Shown here: positions 11,950 to 27,200 of the stretch, piece by piece
Layout: each line of letters begins with the position of its first letter
Numbering within the stretch: the stretch's first letter is position 1
Source: Azolla caroliniana
Taxonomy: Eukaryota > Plantae > Polypodiophyta
DNA: 64,000 bases
Reading direction: 5' to 3'
Assembly: GCA_043228905.1 (NCBI GenBank)
Contig: JBHGNT010000007.1
Coordinates: forward strand, 7,688,001-7,752,000
Position numbers and translations under genes: made by a program
Notes under the pieces: model-generated
Told to the model about the DNA's origin: nothing
The model's input: the letters and a program-made list of their open reading frames with translations, nothing else
Databases searched by the model: none

Positions 11950-13602
11950 ATGGTCCACTGCAATCTTCTCATGCAGAGAAGATCAGATGGGTTCTTACTG
12001 CAAGAAGTGAAGAAGTTATGCGACGCTGGAACTCTTCAGAAAGCTCTTCTTTTCGCTCATCACATGGAAAATCTAGGGTGTCCTCCCTCTACAAAGGTGT
12101 TCTCTTCCATCCTTCAAGCTTGTACTCACCAAAAAGACATCCACACAGGTAGAGAAGTATATTCATGGATAACTAGAAGTGGGTTTCATAATGTTTTCCT
12201 TAGGAATCAGCTTATTCGCATGTTCTCATCATGTGGAAGCCTGATTGAAGCAAAGGAAGTGTTTAATCATGTAAATAAACCAAATTTATTCACATGGACA
12301 GCCATCATTTCAGCCCATATTGATATGGGTAGCTCAGATATGGCCATTTCTCTATATAACCACATGTGGAATGCATCAAAGGGTTTTTGTGGAGCCAAAC
12401 CGGATGCCCATTTGTTTGTTTCAGTCCTGAAAGCATGTGCAAGTACATGTAATTTAATACAAGGTAGGTTAATCCATGGCCACATTAGACAAATTGGTCT
12501 TGAAACTCACGTTTTTGTAGCAAATAGTCTTATATCTATGTATGCCAGATGTGAATGCCTCTTTGATGCACGTGTTTTGTTCGAGAAGCTAGTGGATAAG
12601 GACACGGTCACGTGGGGTGCCATGATTATGGCTTTTTTACAATGTGGCCATGATGAGGATGCCCTTTTACTTTTCATTTTGATGCGGAAAGAGGGGTTTA
12701 TACCGAATCGGGTCACATTTATGTGTGTTTTGAAAGCTTGTTGTAGCACCAATCATTTCATTCAAGGGAAATGTATCCACGCTGATATTATTGAATTTGG
12801 ATTGGAATCTGATATCTCGCTCAATAATACACTTGTGAATATGTATGCTAGTTGTGGAAGCCTTTGTGATGCTCATAGAATGTTTAACCGGCTGATAAAG
12901 AAGAATAGAGTTGCTTGGAATGTTATGGTAGAAGCATATGATCAAGAAGGGCAAGTTCAAGAGGCAATCCAGCTATATGAGCAAATGCAAACAGAGGGAA
13001 TCAAACCCGACCGTGTCAATTTCGTTAGCATTATAAAAGTTTGCTCATGTATGGCATCCCTTCAGCAAGGAAAATTTGTCCATAATCATATCACTCATCT
13101 AGGACTTGATTCAGAGGAGTTCATATGCAATGCTCTTATCGACATGTATGCAAAATGTGGAACATTTCCTGATGCTTATAATCTTTTCACTAAAAAGTCA
13201 AAGCAAGAAATCGTCAGCTGTAACACAATAATTAGTGCTTGTGTTCAACTTGGTGAACCTGAGATGGCTTTCAAATTCCTCGACAACATGATAAATGGAG
13301 GTGTGAAACCGAATCATATAACATATGCCTCTCTTCTATCTTTGTGTAGCCATGTGGGCTATGTGGGCGGATTTGAATATTTCAATCTATTCAATCAAGG
13401 AAAAAACATGTTCTCATTTGCTATTGATCATAAGAACTGCTTGGTGAACCTATTTGGTGGCGTAGGCCGCTTGAAGGATGCTCAAGATATACTCCAAAGC
13501 ATGCCAGAAAGACCAAATACTGTGACCTGGAGGTCTCTTCTTAATCATTGCAAGAGTTATGGTAGCTTGGGACATGGTCAATATTGCTTTAAAATCCAAT
13601 AA
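11950..13602 (+). CDS. PLS-class pentatricopeptide repeat protein (organellar RNA-editing factor family), ending inside the E domain
   Basis: Repeated P-L-S triplets (FTWTAIISAH / FVSVLKACA...GRLIH / VANSLISMYARC etc.) and E1 MPERPNTVTWRSLLNHC. First in-frame ATG is 11950; the ORF-track start 11920 is GTG. Confidence 0.9.
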   Translation: MVHCNLLMQRRSDGFLLQEVKKLCDAGTLQKALLFAHHMENLGCPPSTKVFSSILQACTHQKDIHTGREVYSWITRSGFHNVFLRNQLIRMFSSCGSLIEAKEVFNHVNKPNLFTWTAIISAHIDMGSSDMAISLYNHMWNASKGFCGAKPDAHLFVSVLKACASTCNLIQGRLIHGHIRQIGLETHVFVANSLISMYARCECLFDARVLFEKLVDKDTVTWGAMIMAFLQCGHDEDALLLFILMRKEGFIPNRVTFMCVLKACCSTNHFIQGKCIHADIIEFGLESDISLNNTLVNMYASCGSLCDAHRMFNRLIKKNRVAWNVMVEAYDQEGQVQEAIQLYEQMQTEGIKPDRVNFVSIIKVCSCMASLQQGKFVHNHITHLGLDSEEFICNALIDMYAKCGTFPDAYNLFTKKSKQEIVSCNTIISACVQLGEPEMAFKFLDNMINGGVKPNHITYASLLSLCSHVGYVGGFEYFNLFNQGKNMFSFAIDHKNCLVNLFGGVGRLKDAQDILQSMPERPNTVTWRSLLNHCKSYGSLGHGQYCFKIQ

Positions 13603-16455
13603 TGTAACTCAGTCAATGCTGGGAGGTCTATGCCAATTGACTTTATATATGGTACTGAATATTATACAAATGCTCATGCACATCTTGCCAAAGATACGAT
13701 AAAACTAGAGGAATTTAGAAATTTAACTAATGCAAGGAAAAGTGCACGATCAAGATTTTAACATGAGAAATAATGTTTGATGAATGTGTGAACATGAAAT
13801 AATGCTTCATTGTGCTCTTTAACAATGGTGTAATTCAAAACTTGACGAGATCTCTGATGCCAATGAGACAACAAGCATTCATGCAGCTGATGCTACATCT
13901 AAACAGACGGGACCATTTCCTCTCAATGAATCTTTAACATATTTCTTCAGGGTCTCCTAAAGGTTTTAACTCAGATGACCAACAATTTATACATGCTACT
14001 AGTTAGGTGGATTATATTGATGATACCTCTCCGCTTCCTTCCTCCACCAAACAACATAAGTGATGAGGTAAGGAAATTTGTATGAATTTCCATTGAAAAT
14101 TTTATGGAAGGACTTTTTGTTTGAAGTATGATTCTTGCTATTGATTTGATTTTGTGGAACCACGGATAAATAAGTAAATGAAATTTATGTTGTTATAATG
14201 GTTGTTAATATCAGTACGTTATTGTACCATTTTCATCCCTTATGAATGATATGGCACTCAAGCAAATCTAAGTTGTCAATATTTAGCACAGTGAAAATCA
14301 TGAATGTGGTGAATACTAAAATTTAAGGACCGACTTGATTACCATATGACACAAAAATAGAGATGGATTGTAAAGGATTATGACAAAGCATGGCACATTT
14401 GAATGCAAATATTTTGGATTTTTTCTACAATGATTGCCTTCTCGTAGGATTTCATCAAATACCACCACATAGACCATGGCCGTTGTAGTGCCTCCTTATC
14501 TACCAACTCATAGGTCATGATGAATTAACATTGGATCTTCATAGTAAATAAAGGTTAGTAACATATCACTCTGTGCTTTCTGGTTCATGAGTTTATGGTT
14601 GTGGCCATTCTGTTGTACCAGGTAACCTGGAGCTTGTCCAGATGTCAATCACTCCCTGTAAAGCAACCATGCAATAATAGTGCTTCTCATTCCTTGGTCT
14701 AAAGCAACCATCCAATGATGGAGATTCTATGCCAAGCTCCCGGAGTGATTTCCCTAAGTGGCATAGACCCTATGGTTTTGACAATGCAATCCCCCTTCTC
14801 ATTAGAGTTCCTTGTAATATAAGTTGGAGGTCTATGCATGAAGGTCAAGGTGACTCATACATGGAGGTCTATACATGATGGGGGAATAAAATATCCTTCC
14901 ACTAATGAACTTAACCTAGTGGTGAAGTGTTCTGAATTATCAACAATGTGATTCCAGACAGCGCTATAGAAACTTCACATGCTTCATCCTCTCATTGCAC
15001 ACTTGATGATTGCTTGCAATGGAGATGTATTTGCATCTGAGTTGGACAAGCTCATCCTTCATTAGAACTCCTAGCTGAATAGTTTAGCGTCCTTCCACAA
15101 TGGAGAATGATACATTAGTTGTTAATGAGGAAAATGTCATGGGATATTAGCCTGATGGCTATTCATAGAGGATTTCTAGGATTATATTAGTATGACAATC
15201 AATTTTTAATGATTTCGTTATTTTAAGGAAATGGACAAACTGCTATTAGCCAACAAAAAGCTAAATTTTTGGTTAAGTCTATTTTCAAGTATTTATCTTG
15301 GATATTTCTATCAGCAACAAAGAGTTCTTCTATATTCTCTGATGTCTCTCTCTTATCACAAAAACTTACTCGATGCAGTTAAAGATACCACCAAATGCGA
15401 ATTGCCAATTCGCATTTGCCCATCCAGATTATTAAAGGAACTCCCTTGCTTGCTCCTATCTCTAGACAAACATCTTCCGACATAGAGAATGATTTGTCAC
15501 AACTTGATCACATTCTTCAGTGAGATAGAGATCTACATCAGGGTTGGATATTTCTCTTTTGCATACCTGAAAAATGTCAGGACCTACTGTCAAGGGTTCC
15601 TTGTGTGATAAATCACTATTGAGATGCCACAACGCAATATGTTCCTGCCCTCCCTTTTCATCTGGATTCTCAATGCCTTCTTTTAAGATTTTTTTTGCAG
15701 ACCCATCTATCTACTGGATGGTTTAGGGGATCTGTCTAATCTTGTTGACGCTGATCATTTTATACATCTTTTAATGTAAATAAGCCTTCTAAATATTTAT
15801 AACAAACACGAATTACAATTAAAGAGAATTGAGTTAACGTATGACAATTCTTTCCACAGTTTCCTTGGCTAAAGCATGTTTCATTGGGTATTCATTATTT
15901 TCTGGCATTTACAGAACTTAAGTTTTGCAAGTCAGAGCCTAGAGGAAAGTACATCATCTCATACTTCTCTCCCTCACTATAAATTTGCAGCTGCGGGTGA
16001 ACATTTAAAGGTGCAATAAATCAAAACCATTTTCTTACAATACCAATTCCATTCAGTCTGCAGTTACATCCACCAAACTATGTATGAACAAAGATACGCA
16101 CTACACACGAGTTATAAAACTAGTTATTAGAAACTGTAGTGATAACTTCTCAAAGAAAAGACATTCGGATAATATCTGTGAAATTACATTCTTAAAATTA
16201 ATTAAAGGAACAATATGACAAAAAAAGTGAGAACATATATTAGCCTACCAGGCAGTACACTAGCAGAAAACCTCAGAGTACCAGAATTAAAAGAAAAAGA
16301 AATACAGCTGAAATTGAACCGCTACAAAGCCGCATTAGGTGGTTCAAACACTCGACACAAAAGTTTTCTCCAATGCCATAATCAGCTTTTGCAGGACCAT
16401 TGTTCCTAAAGCAACTTGGGTCTACAAACTCGGATTATCATTGATAGACCTATCC

Positions 16456-18674
<2,219 letters not shown>

Positions 18675-18675
18675 C

Positions 18676-19402
18676 CTGATAGCAATGATGACCATGACGA
18701 AAACACGATTATATTTACAAAACCACAAAGAACGGATAAGAATAAAATAAAAACAGAGAGAAGCTCAGTGTCGAAGAGAATATGGTTCTTCCAAATAAAC
18801 TACAGAGCTCGGAACACATGTATGTATGGCTGTTTACACAGAAAAGCTCATGTCATGAAAAAAGAAGCAAAAATGCCTTCCTCCATGGAGGAGATGTCCG
18901 TGACAGCTAAGACGGGATCGCACACGGCGGAAAAAATAGAAAATTAAATGAAAATAGATGTCCATAATAGAAAAGGTTTTACAAATGGAATCAAAACAGC
19001 TACTTTGAGAACATATGTGCGTGTTGATAAAACAAAGAGAAACGATTCGAAAGGAGGGTCGAAAAAAACTACAGAGAAATTGAGCGAAATCTGAGAATAG
19101 CTCAGATACGTATCGGAAAGCAGAAACTGAATTCATGCAGAACAGCAGCACCAAATAGATGACGTGAACGGGGTCCAAAAAAAGATAGCAGAGAATAAAC
19201 ATTTCACGGAAAGCGCATCTGCCATGGAATGCTTCTGGTACGCGCATCAAGCGCGCGTGTGTGTTGAAGCTGCGTAGATCTTTCTTTCTTCAGATCCATG
19301 CGGGAAGCGGGAAGAAGGGCTGGATATAGACGGGGGAAATCTCACAGGGAATCCGCTTAAATCGTTTGTGTGCGAGTAGAGGTCGAAACAAACGGGATGG
19401 GC

Positions 19403-19456
<54 letters not shown>

Positions 19457-19493
19457 AGGAGAGAGAGAATCCATGGAGGGAAGAGAGGCATAC
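18676..19493 (-). other. Predicted 5'UTR intron of RPL7
   Basis: Donor CCAG|GTATGC at 19493 followed by a (CT)n tract; acceptor TCAG|G-ATG at 18676. Confidence 0.7.
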
Positions 19494-19625
19494 CTGGCGA
19501 AGAGAAGCTGCGCAGCTGTCGATTGCGTCGTCTGAGGGACGATCGAAGAGAAAAGGGAAGGGAAAGGAAGGGAAAGGAAGAAGAAGAAGAAGAAGAAGAA
19601 GAAAAATGAGAGAGAGAGAGAGAGG
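19388..19625. repeat. (AG)n and (GAA)n microsatellites in RPL7 leader/intron 1
   Basis: Direct reading. Confidence 0.9.
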
Positions 19626-19631
19626 AAGAGG

Positions 19632-19675
19632 AAACCCTAAACCTGGGGTGGGGGAGGGAGGGGTGGAAACCCTAA
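19632..19675 (-). promoter_or_regulatory. Two telo-boxes in the RPL7 promoter/leader
   Basis: AAACCCTAA at 19632-19640 and 19667-19675; a known motif of plant ribosomal-protein promoters; TGGGC site-II-like motif at ~19684. Confidence 0.75.
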
Positions 19676-19756
19676 ACCACAAATGGGCGGTTTCACACTA
19701 TGGCCGGCCTCCCACTCTCTAACACCCTAAATGAATATGTACATATAATGAATGGC

Positions 19757-20080
19757 CTTCTTCTTCTTCTTCTTCTTCTTCTTCCTCTTCATTCGGCTCG
19801 TGTCTGTGTCCTGTTGTTGTTTCCTATATTATGTTGTGTTTGTATTGTGTCGTGTCCTTGTTGTTCCCTATTCTCTTGTGTTGTATCGTGCCCTGCCCTG
19901 CCCTGTTGTTTCCTATTCTATTGTGTTGTGTTGTATCATGTCCTGTCCTGTTGTTTCCTATTGTGTTGTGTCATGTGTCATGTGTCCTGTTGTGTTGTGT
20001 TGTGTCGTGTCGTGTCGTGTCGAGTGTTGTGTCTCATTGTGTCATGTTGTGTCTCGTTGTTTCTCGTTGTGTCATGTGAT
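19757..20080. repeat. (CTT)n followed by degenerate (TGTGT/TGTCG/TGTCC)n pentamer array
   Basis: Direct reading; explains the Cys/Val-rich spurious ORFs. Confidence 0.88.
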
Positions 20081-20939
20081 GAATGCATGGGTTACATACT
20101 ATACAATTATTAGACCACAACTCCCACTCTTGCGAACTAGGCACGTTACAGAACTATATGAATCCGTTTCACCTTACCATGGCCGCTCATTTCGATTCGC
20201 ATGTTTTCAATACGTCTCCATTCACATTACTCAAACTCGTGACTTGTTTTCTAAACCTTGATATTCCTAATGTGACGAACAAAATTGCTTGTGCACACTC
20301 TTTGTGTGAAATGATGGCGAGGATTCATACGCCTTTAGGAATCCTCCATGTTATTCCTCTGAACCTCATTGTTGTGATTTTCCTATGAAGCTTATAGGAG
20401 GATTCCCATTGTAAGAGATGAATAAATCATATTTTAATATCGAACTTATGTTGCAAGTATTCGTTGTCTCCATTCTCTTCCCCAACCTAATTGGGGGTGA
20501 AAGTCCCCATGGATTGACCCTTGCAACACATCACAACCATGATTGTGACGATGATGAAGCAAGCAAATAACCATGACATGAATGGTGACAATGAAGAAGA
20601 ACAAAAAAGGAGGAAAAATGAAGAAGAATGAATAAGTAAGGAGAAAACAAACACAAGTAACCTTTTGCCCTCCATACCTCCATATTTAGAGATTTATCAC
20701 ATTGTCATGAATTTTATAAATGTAAATATGCTTTTTCCATCTCTTAGTATCGTGTTTGCTATAGGATCATATATGAGTATCCTTAACGAGCCCAAAGGCA
20801 TAAGAGTTGAACAAACAAGTGGAGAAGCTAAAGGAGTTAAGTGAAAGTTGTCGTCAAATTCACACTTTTGTGGGTGGAGCAAAACACATATAGATTGGGG
20901 GAAGTGAGTATGAACAATTACTACATCGTTGTCCATATT

Positions 20940-21280
20940 GTAGAGAATATGGGACCGGCCACAATCTGTTCTTGAGGACAATGAGAAAGGCAATAACCGA
21001 AGAAACAACAGGAAAACAGAAAATGCACATACAACAAGAGAGGAGATATTAACATGGAAAACCCTGAATGGGAAACAAACCACGAGAGCCCATAGAGTCC
21101 AAAACAGAATCATTAAGTAGAGAGGAATATACAGGATACTCAAGGCCACAACCTTGAGCTCGACTTTGTCTTGCAGATGGTTACAACACTCTCACACTCA
21201 CTCATCACTTAGCTCACACATATGTTTGTACATTCCCACGCACTCCATAATGATTGCCCTAGGTGTATTTATCCCTACCG
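20940..21280 (-). mobile_element. Degenerate Copia LTR related to the LTRs of Copia A/F
   Basis: Shares ggaaaaccctga..gggaa..aaccacg.gag.cca.aga.tccaaa with the reverse complement of the 49690-49740 LTR segment and with 21370-21420. Confidence 0.6.
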
Positions 21281-24200
21281 ATTGATACACTTGCGTAAGT
21301 GGGTGCAAAGATCAAAGTCGACAGTATATAGACAACTAGAAAACCAAAGTACATAGACACAAGTATTTTACGTGGACACAACCTTGAAAGGGAAAAACCA
21401 CGGGAGTGCACAAACTCAGAACTATTCCACTACGTATGAGAAAGTACAAGGAGACTCACAGGCAATGACCTCGAGCTCGTATTCGTCAAATCGACGGTTA
21501 CAGAGTGGTCACTCTCACTCTCACTAACTCACGCTTAGTTACAACAACTATATTAACATCATACTATAATGATTTGCCCTAGTTGTATTTGTACTAATAC
21601 AACTTTTAGTGCTATTTACAATTCTAGCCCAAATGGGCGCAACAAAACCTAAGCCCTCTCCCTAAGCCCATGGTATCTCCTCTGGATGTGGACCGGTTGG
21701 TATCCACATCAGCCGACATGTCTGAATCAGTAAAACCTTATAGTATGGGTTTACCTGAGCTGAATCGGAGGCACGCGCTCGAGGTGCCTCCCACGTATCG
21801 AAGTATCCACTTGATTGATGCCCAATGCTCTCTACCCGGATTGCTCATGAATCGGTTGACGACTCCAATCGCGTATCCGATGTCTGGCCTTGTACATACC
21901 ATTGCGTACATCAGACCTCCGATTGTTGAGGCATAGGGAACCTTCATCATCTCAACCTTCTCCATCCTTTTCTTTGGACATTGTCTCCCGGATAACTTGT
22001 TGTTGGTCAGGAGTGTGGAGCCGACCAGCTTCGCGCTTTCCATGTTGAACCTCTAGAGCACCTTTGTCATGTACTTCTCTTGTGACAACAACAATAAATT
22101 CTTTGTTCGGTCCTGGACAATATGCATCCCCATGATTTGTCGTACCGGACCCATATCCTTCATTGAGAAAGACTTGCTCAAGGCCTTCTTCAGCATTCCG
22201 ATCTTGATATGCTCCCGTCTGACAATCAATATGTCGTCCACATATAGCATGAGGATGAGGAAATCTCCTCTGTCGAACTTCTTCAAAAACACGCAGTCGT
22301 CAGCCTATGTTTTGTGGTACCCTTGGTTGGTCGTGAAGGATTCGAACTTCCGGTACCCCATTGTTGGGGAGCCGGCTTCAGACCATAAAGGCTCTTCCTT
22401 AACCGGCATACCAGGTTCTCCTTCCCCTTTTTGACGAATCCTTCCAATTGCTACATGTAGATTTCTTCTTTGAGGTCTCCATGCAGAAATGTTGTCTTGA
22501 CATCCAACTGTTTGACTTCAAGGTGCATATTGGCCGCTCTGCTCAACACAAACCAGATGGATGCCATCTTCACTACCGGGGAAAATATTTCGTCAAAATC
22601 CACACCTTTCTTCTGTTGGAAGCCCTTCACCACAATGTGGGCTTTATACCTTGGTGGATTTCCGCCATCTCTCGGTTTAAGCTTATACACCCACTTGTTC
22701 CAAAGTGCCCTCTTTCCTTTCAGCAGTTCCGTCAGCTCATACGTGTGGTTCTCATGCAGGAATCCATCTCGTCCTGTATGGCATTTAGCCACTTTCTGTT
22801 GTGGTTGTCTCTCTTCGCTTGCTCGAAGCTTTCCGGCTCCCCCTCGTTAGTTAGTAGTACATACTCTTTATCTGAAAATTTGCGGGGGGGAGCTTCTCTC
22901 TCTTAGAGGGTACCTTCTTCCTCTGCTTTCCTTAGCCAGTTCGCTAGGTCCTTCCTCTTCAAATCTGACTATGTGTTTGAGTTCGGTTCCCGACCAGTCT
23001 TCAACCGATCCGGCTCCCTATCCGGATCCAATCGGCTCCTCAAGTTCTTCAGTCGGTATTCGACTTCTCATTCTCCCAATCAACAATAGTCTTTTCCTCC
23101 ATGAAGACTATGTCTCTGCTTCCGATCAGTTTCTTCTTGGCTAAGTCCCATAGCCGGTAGTTGAACTCATCGTCGCCATATCCTAAGAATATGCATGATC
23201 AAGTCTTCGGGTCCAATTTGCCCCTTTGGTCCTTCACTACAATGCACGTAGGAAAGACAACCGAACACTTTCAGATGCCGATATGACAAGTCTTTGTCGG
23301 TCCACACCCTTTGTGGAATATCTCCGTCAAAGGGTATTGAGGGTGATCGGTTTATCACGTGCACCGCTGTCATCAACGCCTCAGCCCAAAACGTCTTGGA
23401 CAATTTTGCATATGTCGGCATGCTCAAGACTCTATGGTATTCTCTTGGCTAGGCCGTTCAGTTTTGGCGTCTTCGACACGATGTATTTGAGTCGAATTCC
23501 CTTTGACCGACGATACTACGGGAACTAGCCTCGATATTCTGCTACATTATCTGCTCGAACCGCTTTCAATTTCCAACCGTTCTCTCTCTCGGCTCTTGTG
23601 TGGAACTCCTTGAAGACCAACGTCACTTGGTCCTTGGTCTTCAATACGGAAGCCCATAACTTCCGGCTACATTCGTGAATGAAGGTCACGAAATGTTGTG
23701 ATCCAACATGAGACTTTGCATGTACGTAGCATATGTCCGTATGCACAAGTTTTAGCGAGGTCTTGTTCCTCATCAGGGTTCTCGATCGAAAGGAGACTCT
23801 GTTTTGCTTGTCGGCCAAGCAATTGGGCACTTCTCAAGTTGCACATTCTTCACCTCCGGAATGAGGTTCTCCTCGGCAAGCTTCCACATCCCCTTCTCAC
23901 TCATGTGGCATAGCCTCATGTGCCACAACTCACTGGTTGTGCCGGCTGCCACATTTACTTCCTCCCAGCATACTCGAGCATGCATAAGATACAATGTGTT
24001 TGTCTTCCGGGCTGGGGCCACAATCTGGTTTCCCTTGCAGAATTTCAGTGTGCCGTTTCGGATGCTACCCGTGTAGCCTTCATCATCTAGGCGACCAACT
24101 GATATCAGATTGAATCTGACATCCGGAATGTGTCTCACATCTTTTAGCACCAATTAGCACCTGGTTGATGTTAACAAACACATGTCTCCTATGCCGACAA

Positions 24201-27200
24201 TTTGGCATGCTCCTTAATTTCCCATCTTCACAAATCCGTGATCGCCGGCAGTGGACAATGAGAAGCATTTCCAGTCGGGGGTCAAGTGGAACGATGCTCC
24301 GGAGTCGACCACCCACGTTGTTTCATCATTGACAAGGTGCACTTCATTCTGCTCACTGATCATCATTAGTTCTTCCTCATTTGTCGCGATAGCTGAGGTG
24401 CCTTTTCTATCCGGAATCTTCTTCGTCTCTGCATCATCAACTCCCCATTTCTCTTTCCAGAAGTGTTGGCAAATCTTCTGGAAGTGCCCTAGTTTACCAC
24501 AATAGAAGCAGGTGGGCCGCCCCCTTGACTTCGATCTCGTCCCCGACTTTTCCTGATTTTGGGGAGTTCTATTCCGACCTCTTCCCTAGTTCATGTCACC
24601 TTTTGTGACTAAGACCTTCGGGTTGGTTGTGGACTCTCTGTCCTTTCGGCGAGCTTCCTCATTCAACAAGCTCGACTTCATCGTCTCTAGGGATAAGTGT
24701 TTCCCTTTCGGTCTGGCGTTGCCAAAAGTGACAACGAACGTCTCCCAACTATCCGGAAGGGATCCCAACAACAATAGCGCCAATACCTCATCGTCAATAG
24801 GTACTTGCAGAGAGGTGATTTAGTTTATTAATCCTTGGAAGGCATTCAAATGTCTTGCCATGGTGGAGCCATCCTGATACCTCAGTTTCATAATCTTCCG
24901 GAAGATTGATACTCTGTTAACATTGTTTTTATTCTCGAACATGACGTCGATGTTCTTCCATAAGATGTTTGCCTTTGTCTCTTCATTGAAGTTGTTATAT
25001 AGACTCATGTCTATAAAACACATAATGTAGGTTGTTGTCTTCAAATGCACGACTTCCAATGTCGATGCATCGATCTTGTCTACCTTCTTATCTCCAAACT
25101 GCACCGGCAGTCAGAGGTCTCTGCAGACCATCATGTTGAGAGATCAAGCTCAACTTAGTTTAGTTATTTAGTCAACAATGTAACTTCATAGTTACCTAGA
25201 TAAAATCTAGTTAGAAGTGTTGACTATAATGCCTTAAATAGGACCTTGTACATAAGTGGGATATTCTAGATCCTCCACTCCTAAGTACATTTAATACAAT
25301 ACTTACACTTTTGTACCTATATTATACTCACACATGTGCACCCTTGCACATGAGATCTATATACATATACCTCATTGTAGGTATTTTTGTATTTGATGAT
25401 GATGATGATGATAATGCTAATTTAATATAGTTACTCATCCCCCATCTTGTGTTGTTCATAAGTGTAACTTCCTCTCTCACCTCCTCTCACACACATACAC
25501 ACACATATCATTTAATCTTTCGCTTAACTTAATCACATAATTAGGTACTAATTAACCCTTGCTTAATTACTTACCTAATTCTTAACATGGTATCAGAGCG
25601 TGTGGTTTAGAAAATCCAATAAGCCCACCTGACTCCGTGATTGTGTGTTTGAGACGCCGATGACAAAATCTGGCTATCGGCTACCATAGTCCCGCTACGT
25701 AGCACATGTACGTGATCGAAGGAAGAAAATCAAAAGAAGAGAAGACACTAATCAACATGAACACACAAATGGGTACCTCGCTCCCTCGTGAAAATCTAGA
25801 TCGGAGCAATTATTCATATTGGGAGTACAACATGACCCAATACCTCGTCGGCCAAGGGTATTGGAGCTACATCAACGAAGCTCAAGAAAATTAACCCGAC
25901 TCAAAGAATGCCGACTACGCAACATGGGAGCAAGCGGCGAGTCGAGTCATGTATTGCTTGGCAACATGTGTCCACGACCACATGCTTAGCCACATTCGAG
26001 ACGCCTAAAGAAGCGTGGGCGAACTTAAAGAAAATGTTCGCCGCCAACACGACCGCCCAAAAGCATCAACTCCGACAAGAGTTGAACAACATTTGGCAAG
26101 AAGACATGTCTGTGTCGGACTATGCCACCAAGATCAAGAGCATTTGTGACTCACTTGGCTCCATCAAAATAAACGTCGATGAAGACGAGATGGTTCAAGT
26201 ATGCTTGGCGGCCTCGCACAATGATTCGATCAATTACGGACGGCAATCTTGGCGAGAGAAAATCGTTCTTCGTTCTTCGACCTTCAATTAATGCTAATGG
26301 TTGAAGAGAACCACGTCCAAACCAAAACCAAGACATCTAAAGGACAAATGTTCTTCTCGAATTCGGATGGTGGCCGAGGACGAGGTCGAGGCGGTAGAAG
26401 AGGTCAATTCGGCCCATCACATGAAGGGAACTCAAACCTTCACAGAAGCCATCGAGGAACCTTCGAAAGAAGGGGGAGCTTCCATGCCGAACAAGGTCGG
26501 CAAGTGAGGCCCGCAACTTGCAACTATAGCGGGAAAATCGGCCACCGCGAGGAGGTATGTCGAAAAAGGAGAAGCGAGTTGACTTTGACAAGTCGACAAC
26601 TTACGAATTACGCCACCAACTCCGAATACGACGATTACGACAGACTATTCGTAATGAGGCATAGAGTGAACTCTATGTCGGCTTCCAACTCCGCAAGCAC
26701 CTCCAACTCGGAATACGTGTGGTTCGTTGATTCCGGCGCCTCACATCACATGACATCTCACGAAGAGTGGTTTCGTGATTTACGAACACCGAATCGACTT
26801 GGCTTCATAGAGACGGGAGACAACACCACACATCCCATTTGGCACATCGACAATGTCCCATTCGGGAAAGAAGGTGAACAAACTTGCACCAAGAATGTCT
26901 TGCACCTGCCCACAATAACGAAGAATTTGGTCTTGGTCGGCCAAATCGTGGAGCAAGGCATAGAAGTCCGCTTCAACAACGAAAGTTGTTTCATCGAGAA
27001 AGATGGTCGACTCATAACCAAGGGACGGAGAGATGGTCGAATGTTCATCCTCGATTCGAACAAGGTGAAATCGTCAATGTACGCTAAAGGTCTCAAAACC
27101 GAGACAAGCATCGAGTTGTGGCACAAGAGAATCGGCCACATAAACCTCCAACGGCTCCGAGCTATGCAATCAAAGGGAGTCGTCATCGGACTTCCGACAT

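Noticed and set aside
14000-16300. Possible additional PPR exons or another gene between PPR and RPL7
   Set aside because: No coherent ORF or splice chain with protein motifs seen
19247-20261. Arg/Glu-, Ser/Leu- and Cys/Val-rich ORFs
   Set aside because: Translations of (AG)n, (GAA)n and TGTGT-type microsatellites
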